Of a DNA stretch of 64,000 bases, positions 1 to 15,200 are shown in pieces. The notes beneath the pieces were generated by a model, which was not told the origin of the DNA, did not search any database, and worked only from the letters and a program-made list of their open reading frames with translations. Location of the stretch: assembly GCA_040954595.2 (NCBI GenBank), contig CM082597.2:7708343-7772342 (forward strand), given 5' to 3'. Position numbers and translations under genes: made by a program. Source of the stretch: Balanoglossus misakiensis. Its lineage: Eukaryota; Animalia; Hemichordata. Each line of letters begins with the position of its first letter. Positions within the stretch are counted from its first letter, which is position 1.

Positions 1-59
1 GAAACTTTTTAACAGAAAAAATAACAAAATGTGAAAAATATTCTGTGTATCTAACTTAC

Positions 60-179
60 CACAGTACAGTTCATCATCGCCGTCTGGACATTGATAATCA
101 CCATCACACAAATTATTAGGGCCGACACACGTATGGTTATTGTCACACTTGTATGAACCAGGCGGACAGCTGTGTTGTT
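60..179 (-). CDS. Gene 1 exon, LDLa repeat
   Basis: [40 protein letters not shown]; AG acceptor, GTAAG donor, 120 nt, phase 1-1. Confidence 0.9.
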
Positions 180-2841
180 CTAATATAACATCAGTACTAA
201 ATTAGCGTTATAAGAAGTATCCCAAGATAATGTTTCAAAATGTCCATTATACATTTAAATGACAATAGAAAGCAATGTTTTCCCCGGAATATATAACCAA
301 TGGCAAAAAAGAATTATATCATGCTACCGTCCGCGATTCTGATTGGACGAGAGCGATGGTAAAATACTGTTTTACCACTGCTGGCAGTGGTAAAACGGGC
401 CCCTGAACTAGCATGCAGCAGGGAAAATGTGCGGTTAAACCAAAGTCATGTGGGTTTAAACCAAATAAATAACATAAAACACTTAAATTGACGGACGTTT
501 TATTTTGGAACTGCTCTACTCTGAATATTTTGCACTTTTGTCACTTTTTGTCGCCTGCTTCATATTCAATGCTCGTAACGTCTTTTTCTGACTGTTTCGT
601 TAAGAAAATGACACTGATATGCCACAAAATCAAATGTTTATATAATATAATAGCAATAACCCCCCGCCTCAATCGGGCGGGGGTTATTGCTTAATTCCCA
701 CACTGAAGAACGCAATAATCTACATTCTTAAACTGTTCAGTGCAATGAGTTCGCACAATTGGTTCGCCATGTATCCATCTAAGACTTCACCCCTCCACCT
801 GAAAAAAACCCTGGCCAGTACCTGTGGCATGATCCCTGCACTTACCACATTGCAATTCGTCTTCACCGAACTGACAATCTGCACGACCATCGCACATCCT
901 ATGTAGCGGTACACAGTAATCATTTGGACACTTGAACGTGAACATTGGGCATGTGAAATTTTCTGAGAATACAAGAGCAATTGTGATAGTAACCAGTTGT
1001 ATATTTATAAATTCATTACTGCCTATAAATGTCTACAAATGGCATGCTGGTTATCAGCTCATTAATGAAAATGGCTACTTTGAAATTTACTCATTGACTG
1101 CGTCTAAATTCACAAAGATTCAACATGTGGTTACCGTATATACTATATTGAAAATTATGCTAACGATTAGGCATAATCTTAACATTTATTGCAGTATATC
1201 AGTAGTCATTGGCCATGAAAGTATATGTATCCAGCCACATAGCGAAGGTATGGCAAACGAGAGGGATCCTCATCACAGTGGCAAAGCTGATGATAACACG
1301 TGCTCTCTTTTGCAAATACAGGTGCCGTGATACGCTTATGTAAGCACCCTGTCATCATAATGCCACCTACAACCAAGCACGCTGGCGTAAACAGGGGAAA
1401 TGACCTTACCGCAACCTTCCAAATGGCTGACATCTTGGCAGCCAACAGTGTGACCAAGGTGATCGACGTCATTAATGCATTCATATCGCTTATCAACACA
1501 AATACCCATATGGCACCTTAGCTGATCACTCCTGCATTGACTATGTGTCTCTAACACATACAATAGAAAAGGGTAGAGTAAGCAAAACATTGGATTGTCA
1601 ATGAGCTGTTAAGTAATGGATTTCTGTAGTATGGACATCATAATTATCATGAGCAACGTGGATTCACACAACTTCACGCCATGTCATAAGTGTATTGAAT
1701 TTGAAGGCATTTAAATATTCACGCATAAATCCTCTAACAGTTCTACTCATACGCATTCCTGTAGCAATATATACTGTTATATCCTTCAAGACTTGTACTT
1801 GTAAATAAAACTGGTAAATAAAACAGGCATTTTCCATTCTATCTCACAAATGAGACACAAGAATAACTGCCGACGGTAATACAATACGTCAGCCATTGAT
1901 CCCAGATTCCTATTTTGCTATATTTTGTTTACAATCCTTATTTAGAATAAAACCAAAACAATTAAGCGCAATCACTCGCATAATATAATAATTGTCTCGA
2001 AACAACAATAAGTAGGCATAAAAAAATATCAGCAAAAGGGTTTGTAAAGTGTGCCTATGTGCGCCTACCACAACTTATTTCATCAGGAGCAGTGTCTCTT
2101 TCACAGTAAACACATTCAGTGAATCCATTACAGCGAAGTTTGTTGGGCAGACATGTTCCATCTAAACACTCAATGGCGTTACAAATACCTGTCGTGTATA
2201 ATGGAATTATACATGTAAGAAAACCATGGGGAAACGGCGCATATATGGAAGTATTCTCTAATAACTGTTTGGATACACCTGTTGCACTTAAAATAGTATG
2301 TATCATTATTTGGAACAAATATTTGACCAGTGGGCGTTGCGGAAAGATATGGTGCAAGACAAGTGTCATTGTAACAGTGTGTATACCGAGTGTCTGAGGC
2401 CCAGTATGGGTGACATCAAGTGTTTCCCGCATAAGGTTGAGAAATTGCAAAAATGAAACAAATGATTGTCTCACATTTGAATTCAGACCCTTATGTATAC
2501 AAAATTGACCTATACGTCATACCCGAGCAAAATATACCGTGCTACCTATATAGACTGTGTACTTTGAGGTTCAGGTAAAAACAAAAACATACCAATATCA
2601 GCACAATCCACCTCGTCACTCCTATCGACACAGTCCTCAACCACGTCACAACGCTGATCAATGTCAATGACCTGTCCATTTGCACATGTAAAAATATCTG
2701 AGGCATTTCCATGCGTTGGAAAATCTATTCACAGAAATAAGTATGGTTTTACAAGGGAATTGGAATACAAAATAATCCCCACAAGTCTGTCACTAGTACT
2801 ACTTCTATTCCTACACCACCACCACCACTACCACCACCACC

Positions 2842-2873
<32 letters not shown>

Positions 2874-5800
2874 CAACAACAACAGATATTTGCTTACCAT
2901 ACTGTATCTCGTCAGACAAATCACCAACGACAACTGCAACAACAACAACAACAACAACAACAACAAAACCAAAATATTTGCTTACCGCACTCTATCTCGT
3001 CAGACCAATCACTGCAATCCTGGTGAAAATTGCAATATTTCGAAAATGGTATACATTCACCACTGCCGCATTGGAAACCACTGCATGAGTCAAAATCTGT
3101 AAAATATTCAAGTCAGTCTCAGAAAATAAAAGCAAGTTCCCCTTTATCAACAACAAATGGTTGTCAGCACAGCGTGGCGACTGAAAATTTAAATACGTTT
3201 ATTACAGGAAACGGGCCCTTTTTAATTACTTTTATTTGAGTACTATCTAGTGCGTATCTCTGTGGATATTTTTGGCTAATATGGAAGCTGTGGAATGATT
3301 TAAGTGTCAAAGTTTAACTGCATTTATCTTTGTGTAACAATGTACACTGCCGATTATGGTGGTTATATTGTAGGGTTCGTGGGTTTCCACTGTGTTCTGC
3401 ATTTGCCTTTATCCAAACATGGCTAAGGTTCGTTAGTAGACAATAAAGATCGAATTGCTATTGTGTTGATTGAAACTGGGTAAACGAAAATTAACCGTAC
3501 TGCATATTGTTTCATCACTATGGTCATAGCAATCATCTTTGCTATCACAGACATCACTGCGATGAATACACTCTCCACTTGTGCATCGATAAAGGTTGGG
3601 AGGACAGTTTGCGGTTGCATTTCCTGCAAGAATAAACAAATTCACAAATGCGTCAATTTCACCACAAGAAAGCAATCTCTATAACTCAACGAATGGGTTT
3701 TCTTTCATTTTCAAATGTAGCTATGCTGTAACACACAGTGATGATATCATGTTGCTTTGGTCTCATTCCACTTGATATAGAGGTCGTTATAAAAACTGAA
3801 AAATCGTTATATTTGTATTCATCAATGTCAAACAATAAACATTAAATCAATCTCATGACATCTTATTTGCCAATCTGGATAAATTTTCGGTCAGTGTAAT
3901 TCTACTTAACGTGTCTTCCGTGGAAACATTGTACCATTCACCATAGTTGACGAGTTATCTGCTAATACACGAAAATAAGAGTACAGCTGTATGTAAGACG
4001 TCATTGGGGAAGAAATGCGTGAATCTCAATAATTACTCTCATAAATGCATTTCCATGTTAAAAGACAGTATATGAACTATACCGGCAGTTGATGACCACA
4101 ACTAAATCAGCGTGACTGTTGATGAATTTGGATCAGGAATTCTGTTAGTGCAAGCTCTACACCTCTCCAGTTATATTACTTATATCGTTATATCCAGACT
4201 TGTTCTCTGTTATGAGGTAAACCCTGAATGCAGTCCAATATTTACTTACCCACAGCAGTTGCTGCTCGTTTGCAAATAAATGTGTCTGTCAAACGTGCAT
4301 CACATAATATGTCATGCCAGTGATCCGTTGAGTGAACGTTAGCCAGGAAGATTGCAACGCAGTTCTCGTACACACCACCATTCGGTTGATGGCTAATGGT
4401 AAGGTGGAAAATGAGTTAGCTTAGCTCCAAAGCAGCCAGATAAATTTCAAAGCAGGGGATTGAGTCAAGGGGTATGAACACCATTGAGTTCTTAAATTTA
4501 CTGTCCTTTACGGACTTCAAGTTTGAAGGTACAAAATGTAGCAACTTCACATGTACAGATTTGATATGTACAGATGTGAAAACAATGGGAACTCCTTCCT
4601 GATAAGATATTGAATATAGCTTTTAATAAGTTAACATTTCTCTGTTCTTCTTGATTATATTTGGCCCTTTCAGCAAGACATGATTGTTATAATTGTTCAC
4701 ATGACAAACCAAACTTTTCGAAAAAAAAGGCAATGGCTAAAATTTACTATTATGATGCATCACCCTTTGTTTTTTTACATGTATATGGCCATGGTTTAGC
4801 GTACACAGGCTTACCTCTCATGGTTCCAATCTGTATACGTTAATGGCACGTTATCATTCCATCGGTACACTCCCTCCCTTTTCATGTCTGTAAGGCCTGC
4901 CATTATAAAAAAAAACCCAGTAATATACCGTTTTTGGTAGGGTAAAAAATTAAATCCATATCGTTAAAGAGAAGAGTGATAATGGTGAACATTATTAGTT
5001 TTACAATATCTTACTGAAAGGTAGCATGGATGTCTTGAAGATGCGAATGGTGATTATGTAATGTTTGCTATCTTTAGTCAATATTGCGAATCAAAACACA
5101 ATTTTAAATAGATGGACAATGTGATTGTAAACTTTCTTACGAAAAAAGTAGAAATAATCTGCAAGTGGAACTTAAAATGTGTGTCGCAAGACTTTATAAC
5201 GGTACCTATGTAAATCCATTTTCGAGGGTGTTCGGAAGCTATCCCATGAACCACTCGTACCTCTGCCTGAGATGTAATACTTGTCAATGTCGCTTGGTCT
5301 CTGGCGCAATCAATTTCGGCAGTCTTGCATGAGATGTAATGGGGCGCCTGATATAACTTAAAGCAACTTCTATCAAACCCTATCCAGTTAACAGGACAAG
5401 TGTATCCTATAGAATTAATTATACGACATGTAACTTTTGCAAGAGAAGAAAATGAGTTTTTAATTTTTTACGAGTTATGAAAATTCTCTATTTTATCAAC
5501 ATTTTAATATTTGTGCGCTTAGTCTAGACATTGAAAACCCCGTACCTGTAGAAATAAACGAATCATCATGACGGAATACTTCATGAAATGAGTATTCAGC
5601 CAGAAATCCTGTTGAACCATCGTCATTGTTGTCGGAAATAAACAATAAAAGCATTTCGTTGAAATCAGATTTCATGTTCGGCGTTGGTGGATTTCTATTG
5701 CAGTAGCGGCCCATTACTGTGCCGTTGTATGCAGAACCACTGATGATTTTCACGTAATCCGTATTGCAAAATAGATCCTTCCTACCGACGTCAAAACCTT

Positions 5801-6255
5801 TGAAGTTCAACGAAATGTACGCATTTGGCGGCGCCAGTAACACCCAGGAACAGTGCAACGTCGTAGGGTATGGTACAGGGTAGTCGATTGTGGAGATGAC
5901 TCCGGCACCCCCGCTGCAGTGTTGCATTTGGGGACAAATCCTGGAGATGTCTTCACAACTGACAACATCTGCGCGAGAAACGGATATACAACAACAACAA
6001 CAATAACAACACAATGGATTATTCGTAAACGCGAATCAAAAATAAGGATTTAATTTCAAACCAGAACGTATCTTTGATAATTTTTATTCATTTTCAACAA
6101 CAAAATTTGAAATTCTATTTTTGTGTAATAACATTGCACGTTACTAATTAAGACATAGATACATACGTACGTACATACATACATACATACATACATACAT
6201 ACATACATACACACGTACGTACGTACGTACGTACGTACATACATACATACATACA

Positions 6256-6289
<34 letters not shown>

Positions 6290-9200
6290 CATACATACAT
6301 ATAACAAGAGACAGACAGACTACGTACCTTTTGTAAGTCGTATGTAGTAATCAGTGCCATATGAATTTCGAAGCAAACCTTGTTCAGTGTATTTCCAAAT
6401 GGGCATCGACCCATACAAGCATATTCCTCCTCCGTAAGAGAAATAACTACAATTGAAATGCAACTCTCCCAAGCATAATGCCACGCATTCTTCTAAAGAC
6501 TCTGGGCTGTACATTCTTATCTTTTTCAATACCTCTGGGTCTCTCGAAGGCATTGGCAGCCGGTTTGGTCTTTTGTAGAAGGGAAAACTCCTCGATTCAG
6601 CTGAAAGTTTTTACCATATTTAATATTGACATTAGCTGTACGTAACTTTTGGCTTTATTTTCGGTATTTTAAACAGCATGCTTATATTACCCAGTACTCC
6701 ACTCGTCAACATAGCATGTATGTGTGAAATAGCAATTTTAATTGCTCACAAATGAATTTAGTCTGGACTTTAAAGGTATACGGTCACCTATGGAAATATA
6801 GCTGCAGTTACCATGGCAAATTGAGATCTAGCCAATCACATATTTTCAGTGGGTGGCACACGCGAAAAAAAGAGCGCCACCATATGTTCTTTAGAACTCT
6901 CACATACGCTATTTCAGCCGTATATGGGCGTATGTAAATTGGAGGTGAGTGTATACCTTTCAAATTTTTCCCAATAACAATATACCGGGCATTTCATCAT
7001 GCTTAAGGTATTTGAACAAGACACTGCAGTGCGTATACAAACAGAAATACTGAAAACGTATCGATAAGTTCGAGCTGATCGAGCTACAGTGTGGCCCAGA
7101 GCAGAAATTTAGAAAATAAAGTGTAACACCTTCATAATCGAGGCGCATACTTATTTAATAATGCAGAGTTATGACCTACCCTCTTCGTCGGTACCGTAGC
7201 TTTCGTTAAATTTTCGTCCACACAATTCAATTTCACCTCCAATCTTGTCACCATGCCAGCGGTGAGCTATAATTTTAATGAAACGAGCCTTTACCGGTGG
7301 ATATATGGAGTGAAAACCTGGTTTCCTCCCTGCATTGTTAACCAGAAAAACCTGAAAGAGCAGGATACGAAATTCATTTTTTTTCATTTTCTGTCGACAT
7401 CTCTTAGACTGTTGAAAGCTTTATTCTAATTCGTTGTTCAGTTTTAATCACTAAAATTATGACTATTGACATGTGTTTTACTAACAATAAATGTTACACA
7501 TTCCATCATACTTTAAAGCCCCAATAAAACTCAAAAACTTTAGGTTATAAACATACATAAACATCCTACTATAATGCACTTATTCAGTACTATTGGCCAC
7601 CGGCCATATTGTACACAACAAAAAAAGATATCAACATTTACAGACGCTTGAGGGTTCGTTCCTCGTACAGTTTTACTCTAGATCATCATCCAAGAGTTTA
7701 TGTCGCTGTTTAAAAGCATAAAAGATGTATCTGGCAAGATTTTGTACTGTGTATGGTTTGTTTGACTGAAGTAATAAAGTAAATTTAATTCAACTCATGG
7801 GGTGTGTCATAGAAGAATTTGGGGATAAATCTCTCTCTAATACAACGATATACTGGGCACACAAATAAAAATTGAAACTCATCTTGTACAGAATCACAAG
7901 ATTGAAAAGGACAACGTCTTTTTTCGCGTGGAACCCCATGTTTTCTTCCCTGTTCAATGTTTAAATTATGTGATGATAATCTAAAACGAGACAATGCGAA
8001 TCTATTGACTGTGTCTGAAATACATTCCAAATATTTCTCGCATGAAAACTTATTTTTAAACATACAGTAAGTACTCAGTTTTGGGCTACATCTTTTTTCA
8101 GATTGCCATTCCTGTATTGAAATATCTTGACATCTTTGTTTGAACAGAGGTAAAAAGAGTTCTCCATTTAATGAGTCTTGGTAAGCCCATATCTCAGCAA
8201 AACCATAATTACAAAGTAAATTTTTCACAAACAGCCCCCAGTATTTATAACCCTTTTAAGCCCTATTATATTGGTATTTATAACAGTGTGTGACTATTTT
8301 TGGTGAAGTTGGCTTAACACATTTGAACCAAAATCGTAATATTTGTATATAAATTTGTATGCGAATGGGATACCTTCCAAGTTCTCCCCGAACCGCTGAG
8401 TTTGTTGTATTTATACGTACACCCAAAAGAAACTTACACAATCTATGATGAATCTTTTTCACATCTATAAAATCATTTGTCCCCCAAATTGCACTGCCAT
8501 AAAGAAGGATTGGCAATGTTTTACAATCGGAAACTCTGAAAGCAATGTCTGGTTGTATTCCGTCTACTTTACAGAGGCTACTTTGTACTAAGTGAAGAGC
8601 TTTCCTGGCTTGTTCTGAAATATATTTTTGAGCTTGAAACCAAATTCCAGAACTGGAAAATATTACACCCAGATAGTTATATTTAGAAACAACTTCTATC
8701 TTTTTCCCATTCAAACACAATTTTTTACTTTTCTTCAAACTTCCAGCCTTACGGAAAACAATAATTTTTGTTTTGTTAAGATTAAAAGTGAGTCTCCACT
8801 TTTTACAATAGTCTGCCAGTCTATTCAGCAAACGCTGTAGACCAACGGGAGTGCTGCTAAGTAAAGCAAGATCATCAGTATAGAGTAAATACAGCAATTT
8901 TACTGTGTTGGCATAGACAACAGTTTCTCTACCTTGTGTTAGAGCGTCTTCAATATCATTAATGTAGAAGCAAAACAAAAGGGGGAAATAACAAAACCTT
9001 GTTGGACTCCTATATTAATATAAAAAAATGGTCACCCCATGAAGAGTTTTAACTGCTGCTTTAACATGCTAATACATAGCGTATAAAGAAGACAAAAGTT
9101 TACCCCTCATGCCTGTCATGGCTAGTTTATAGAAAAGTGAATAATGATGAACCCTGTCGAATGCTTTTTCGTAGTCTATAAAGGCACAATATAGGCGACT

Positions 9201-12200
9201 CTTTAAATGGAAAACATACTTTTCAATAAGTGTACGTAAAATAAAAATGTTATCCAAAGTATTTCTTTTCTTTCTGAATCCACTCTGAGGTTCCACAATT
9301 TCATTGAACTCATCAAACCAATGTACAAGTCTGTCTGTTAAAATAAATGTAAAAATTTTACTTATAGTCAGGTGGAAATTTCAGAAAATGAGCATTTTAA
9401 AAGCATGTCAGGCATTTTTTGCTACAAGCTGGGAACAAGTTGTTTTTGGATATTTCGAATACGCTGATTTCGAATTTGCCTGTTCCCAAAAAATTCTTTT
9501 CACGTTTTCATGTCGAAAATGGCAAATTAATTTTTTACGTCATAATTTCAAAATACCTAAAAGAAAACGCTGTTTGTAGCCATTATGGTGCAATATCACA
9601 GGTCAACACCATAATAGTCTATTGAAATCATATTTTTATATTCATTTAAATATTTAAAAAAAATTAATTTAGAAACATTTGGTGATTTGGTAAAAATGCT
9701 AATTTATGTTAATTAGGTGACACGCCCATCTAAAATCAATGGTCTACAAATGAGAGCTAACGGTGTTAAGTGAGGTGTCTATTCCAATGTTTTCAGGGTC
9801 AAGAAATTCAAATATGCAATCGGTTACCTTGTCAGACAAGGTGCAGCATGGAAAATATGCAAAATTAGCTTAATTAGTCATGATGTCATGCTAAAATTGA
9901 CAACTGAAAGCTAATGATACGACTATGGCCTGTGAGGTGTCTATTCATATGTTTTTTGACATGTGTTTGCATTTTAATGAATAACTGAAATGAAACTTTT
10001 CATATTTGTATGTAATAGCATGTAAAAAACAACAAAAACAAACAAACAAACACACAAACAAATAAACATACACAACGAGGGTTTAGTTTAGACTGTACAT
10101 GCTCGCTGGTAACATCGTGACCGATCGCTCCGTTAAAAAACACCAGAACATTGAACGTATGAACGTTTAGGTCCACAATTCACAAGTTATTGAACTATGA
10201 ATGTATGTTCAATGTTGTGAAAAGCCAAAAACATACTTTTTGCCAACAAAACTGGCATTTGTTAACGTACAAGTTGTTCATTAATAGCGAAAGCATCGTA
10301 TGGCCACACTCACATTATGCCAGCACCGTATATTCATGCTTAGTTATAAGACGTTGAATGCACACTGATGGCCCGACGTCCTCGGTGTTTTTTTTGAAAC
10401 CCGGTCTCTAACAACAATTTCTCTTCATAAGTAAAGAGTAATGTGTATTTTTATTACGTTTTTATATAGAATACTGTGTGCAAAGTGAAGATTGTGTCAG
10501 TGAGGCAACATATATACATGTATATTTAATCAACGTGGGTGTCGTACTTGGCTCAGATGTGTGTTAATGTGTACTAAACAAATTCATATAGCGAGCCACA
10601 ATATCTGTTGATGAGTTTCCATGGCAACCATTTTTTCATTTTTTTCAATATGGCCGCCAATACTGCTCAAAGAGTAATTTTCAAAATATATATCATCATT
10701 AAACTAGTTATAGGGGTAAATACAGGATCGAGATTCAGTCGCTAAAGAAATTCAAGTTTTTTAATAACCCCGGTTACGACAAACTTAGTTAAAACACTGT
10801 ATAACCATAACATTTGGGCATTTTGTGATAAAAGTTTAACAAGTAAAGCTCAGTTGATTCGTTATTTTCCCCATAAAAATATCTTTGATGAACAAAATTC
10901 CAAATTTAGTCAACCCAGGAAAAAACGGCATCTTGTTTCTCAACCTTATAAATTGATCTGACCAGTTTGAATCAGTGCAGAATCCAGCTTTTCTATTTTA
11001 TCTTCATCAAATGATTCATGCAAATAAAGAATCACTTCCCCATAACATGGTGGCAGAAAGCCAGTATTATGACAGTCGGTTGGTTTGTTTAAGTTACTAT
11101 AGAAACTAACTACATGTATGTCTAGGTTGCATGTACATAGATAGATGTTAGGAATCAAAATCAAAAAACTGTTTCAAACTTTTCATCCAATACTTGTCCT
11201 TCGGAAAGCGTTTTGATGAAGTCGCTTGAAGTGCTTTGTATTGCTCATGTTATCGATAATTTTAATCGCACCTTGATGATAGTCAGCAGTTCTATTTTGA
11301 CATGTTATTTTGTGTATTTTTGAACCCCCAAAATCAAAGAATAAAATGATAAAGTGAAAATAAGCTTCAAAACACCAAAAGTCTTCAGGATCACAGCTTT
11401 TCTGTAAAGAGTAAGATTGCAAAGTCAGATCTTGTCTTTATAGTTTTTATGCAGATGACTCTTCACTTTATATGTCTTTTAGTAAAGACAACGCAGCAAG
11501 AACTGTTTCAAATCTTGAACTTTGTATATCCGATGTTAGGTTTTGGATGTCTGAAAACTTCTTGTGCTTAAACGATGATAAGACTGAATTTGTTATTTTC
11601 TCTGGTACTTCGGGTGATCTGTCTGCTAGGAGGATTTCAGAAATTCGTGTTGGCGATTCTCTGATTCCTGTCCATTGTTAGGCTAAGAGCCTTGGAGTGA
11701 TCCTTGACTCTTGTCTGACAATGAAGCCACCTATTGGACAGATCTGCCGATCTGCCACTTTTCATTTACGTCGCATTGCGCTTATCCGCAAATATTTATC
11801 TCAATCTGCTACAGAGCAATTAGTTCATGCATTCATTACTTCTCGAATTGATTCCTGTAATTCACTTTTATTTGGGCTCCCGAAGTATTCAATCAACCGT
11901 ATTCAACGCGTTCAGAATATTGCTGCTAGAATTGTTACTCGTTCAAAAATCACCATTTTTCGGTAGATACACCATTGTTAACATCTTACTGAGCCACACA
12001 TTTGCTTCCAGAGGTTCGGCTAGTCTTATGCAGTCCTTCACAAAAAAATTGTCCGAAAAAACTATCTGAAAAACTATGGATTTTCAGTAACTGACACAGA
12101 GCGACATCACTGTCGATGTTCACATGCAGAACGCCCTCAAACGACCTACTAGTAGTACATGTTTACCGTAGATAAGTCGAGACTACTTACTTCCTTGAAT

Positions 12201-15200
12201 TTTCCATTCCTGACAGAATTAAATGTTTCTCCATCTAGACTGTACTGTATTAAAAAGACCTGAAGAAAATATACGTCATCGAAAATGTGAACTACTGTGT
12301 GGCCTACTCCAGATATGAGGTAGATTTCCGGAAGTTGAAAGAGCACCGATGCTCTTCTTGTGGCGGACGAGGTCCAGATACGTCCAGACGACGATCGAAG
12401 ATCTTTCAGGAAAGAGGGAGTGACATAAACCCCTTCAGTATACCCACGTAACTCCCCACGTGGTATGGAGCTATGTCGCACACCAATGTCATAGTCGAGG
12501 TTGGCAACACCTACTGGTCTACAGTTGTTTTCGACACCTACAGAATAAGATAAAGAGCGGTGTCAATTAAACAAGGCAGATTATCTCAAATTTCAAATTC
12601 AAAATGGCCGCCAATCTCTGAGTTAAGTCTACGGAGAAAGACAAGTCAGTGAAAACCCAGTTTTCTTCTTTGTCTTTAAAGGGGAAATCCGGTCTAGCTG
12701 ATTTTTACGTACTTTGGTAGCTTTGAGGCACTCTTTCAGGAAAAAAAAAACATTTTCGCCATGTATTAGTCGCTCGATTTTCTACAAAAACGACGGAAAG
12801 ATGGCAGAATTTCCAATATAACGTTTACTATAATTTGAATCATGGGAAAAAGCGCCAGGACCAACTTCCGACCAACTTGGTGTGGGTGATACCATCTTTC
12901 AATTGGTGTCACTGGGCGACAGACTAGGAGTTTTGCATAGCTATTGTTTGTTCTTTGCTTCAGTTGATTAACAATCAGGAGCAAAGTCGAAAATGTGTCA
13001 TCTGTTGACAGTTTTCATGAGCTATAACCCATGAAAAATTGTAGTAAAGAATTGGAAGATTTGGAGGGCTATCATTTTCTAAGAATCTGCCCCGGGTCGC
13101 ATTCTACCTTACGCCGTTACAAAAGGATTGAAACTGCAAGGCAATGACTAGAATATATGGAGTATCGTTTATTCTTTCTGAGCAATAAATGTAATATGAG
13201 CAGAGCTATAGGGTCTGTATCGAAGAAATATGTGCTTGATATGCAAATAGTGAAAAAACCACGATTGGAACTATTTTGGGATAATTGCATATCAATAAAA
13301 TGTGTACAAAACGATTAGTATTCATTGTACTTTGGGAGAATGCGGTATTTCTGTTATTGTTTGACCAAAAGAATAAACAATGATAAAAATGTCGTGTGTG
13401 TAGTCTACACGTACTGTGCTGAGAGTTATTACCATGCAATTATCCCCAAATAGTTCAAATCGTGTTGAAAGCTTTTTTCAGAAAGTCTATCTATCTGTCC
13501 ACTTATTTTTTATTTTTGGTGCGGTTTGGTTAGGTGTTTTGTTTGTTTGTTTGTTTGTTAGGTCCTGAAGTATTATTAGTTATTTAAAAAGCAACTTACC
13601 ATATTCTGTTGGGGAACATATGACTGGTGCCGGAATTCCAGGACTATGGTCAATAACATAAAATTGTGTGCTGTCATCCTTGTAGCAGTTGGAGAAAGCA
13701 AGTTTAAGGTGCATAGAAACAGATTTTCTACCACGTATTAAATAAAAGCCACAGGTTTCAAGACCAAAATACCAGGCAAGTCTGGCTCGCTGCAGGGTCG
13801 CTACTTCAGCACCAAATCGTGAACACACGTCTTCCATTTCATAAGGAAAATAATCTCCATGTACCACGAGGGCTATTGCTATAAAATATGGTAAGAAGCA
13901 CTGACTGTGAAGCAGTGTTATGAGATAATGAGGTGCAACACAACACAACACAATACAACACAACACAACAAAACAAAACAAAACAAAACAAAACTAAACT
14001 AAACTAAACAAAACACAACATTATCCAACCCTTAGTCACATTGGCTGGGTATAAAATCAAAGTTGGATCAAGTAGGGAGTTTTATTAATTAAGGAAATTA
14101 TATTCGCAAGTCAAAAATATTAAATTATGATCCAAATTAGACCAAATTTGTCAATGTAAATTGTACTTACGGGCCTCACATCTCATACCACTGTAACCAA
14201 GGCGACAGAGACATCGGAACTGATATTCAAAAGGCACGCATGTTCCGCCGTGTAAGCATGGATTTTCAGAACACATGGACATGTCAGGTTTATCTTAAGA
14301 ACAAAAAAGCAAACTTGAGTCATTAAAGAGGTGACATTTTGTATATTTTAAACGTTAAAATGCTTTAATCTGTCCTCTATCATTAAGCGACAGACAACAC
14401 CATTTTAACTTGTGATGGTTCTAACACTCACGCGAGCATACCACTGTAGTAGTGCACTCTTGCAATGGGCGGTTGAACACCGGTATGACGCCAGTTTGTT
14501 TTTTAATTTGTTTACAGTCAACCATACAATTAGAATCGGAGATTATTAATAATAATATATCAAACAAGTGACCTGTCGGTCAAAAGAGCTCTGCTGACTT
14601 TAACAGTGTAACCTGGGCAATGATATGAATACCCAAGGTTTTAATTCATAACAATTGTATGGGTGAGCATGTTGCTTTGTTGTTTGTGTACATACATGTA
14701 CAAAGTATTGAGCATATAATTATTGTGATTAGCTGTTTGTGAAAGTGATTATACCAAATTTCAGCTCCATCGTACATGTAGTTATGGAGAATAGGATTTT
14801 TGACCAAAATTTATATTCTATTTTTAGATCTAATTTGCATATTCATGACCCGATCAAATTCAAATTAACAACATCAGGTAGGGACACCATAACACACATT
14901 CCTACCGAATTTCGGCTCCATCGTACATGTAGTTCTGGAGAAGATTTTTGACCAAACATTCTATTTTTAGATCTAATTTGCATATTCATGACCCCATCAA
15001 ATCCAAATTAACAAAATCGGGTAGGGGCACCATAACACACATTCCTACCAAATTTCAGCTCCATTGTACATGTAGTTGTGGAGAAGAAGATTTTTACCAA
15101 AACTTGTATTTTTAGATCTAATTTGCATATTCATGACCCCATCAAATCCAAATTAACAAAATCAGGTAAGGGCACCATAACACACATTCCAACCAAATTT

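Noticed and set aside
1206-1521. Possible extra gene 1 exon with Cys residues
   Set aside because: No LDLa spacing or convincing splice pair, and the flanking exons already join in phase.
2661-3102. Poly-His/Gln and poly-Asn ORFs on the plus strand
   Set aside because: They are translations of an intronic microsatellite antisense to LDLa exons.
6056-6414. MYVC-repeat ORFs (also 43043-43595)
   Set aside because: They are (TACA)n microsatellite read-through.
9365-11425. Probable DNA-transposon-derived sequence between the two LINE fragments
   Set aside because: It looks repeat-like, but I could not identify termini, a TSD or a coding remnant.
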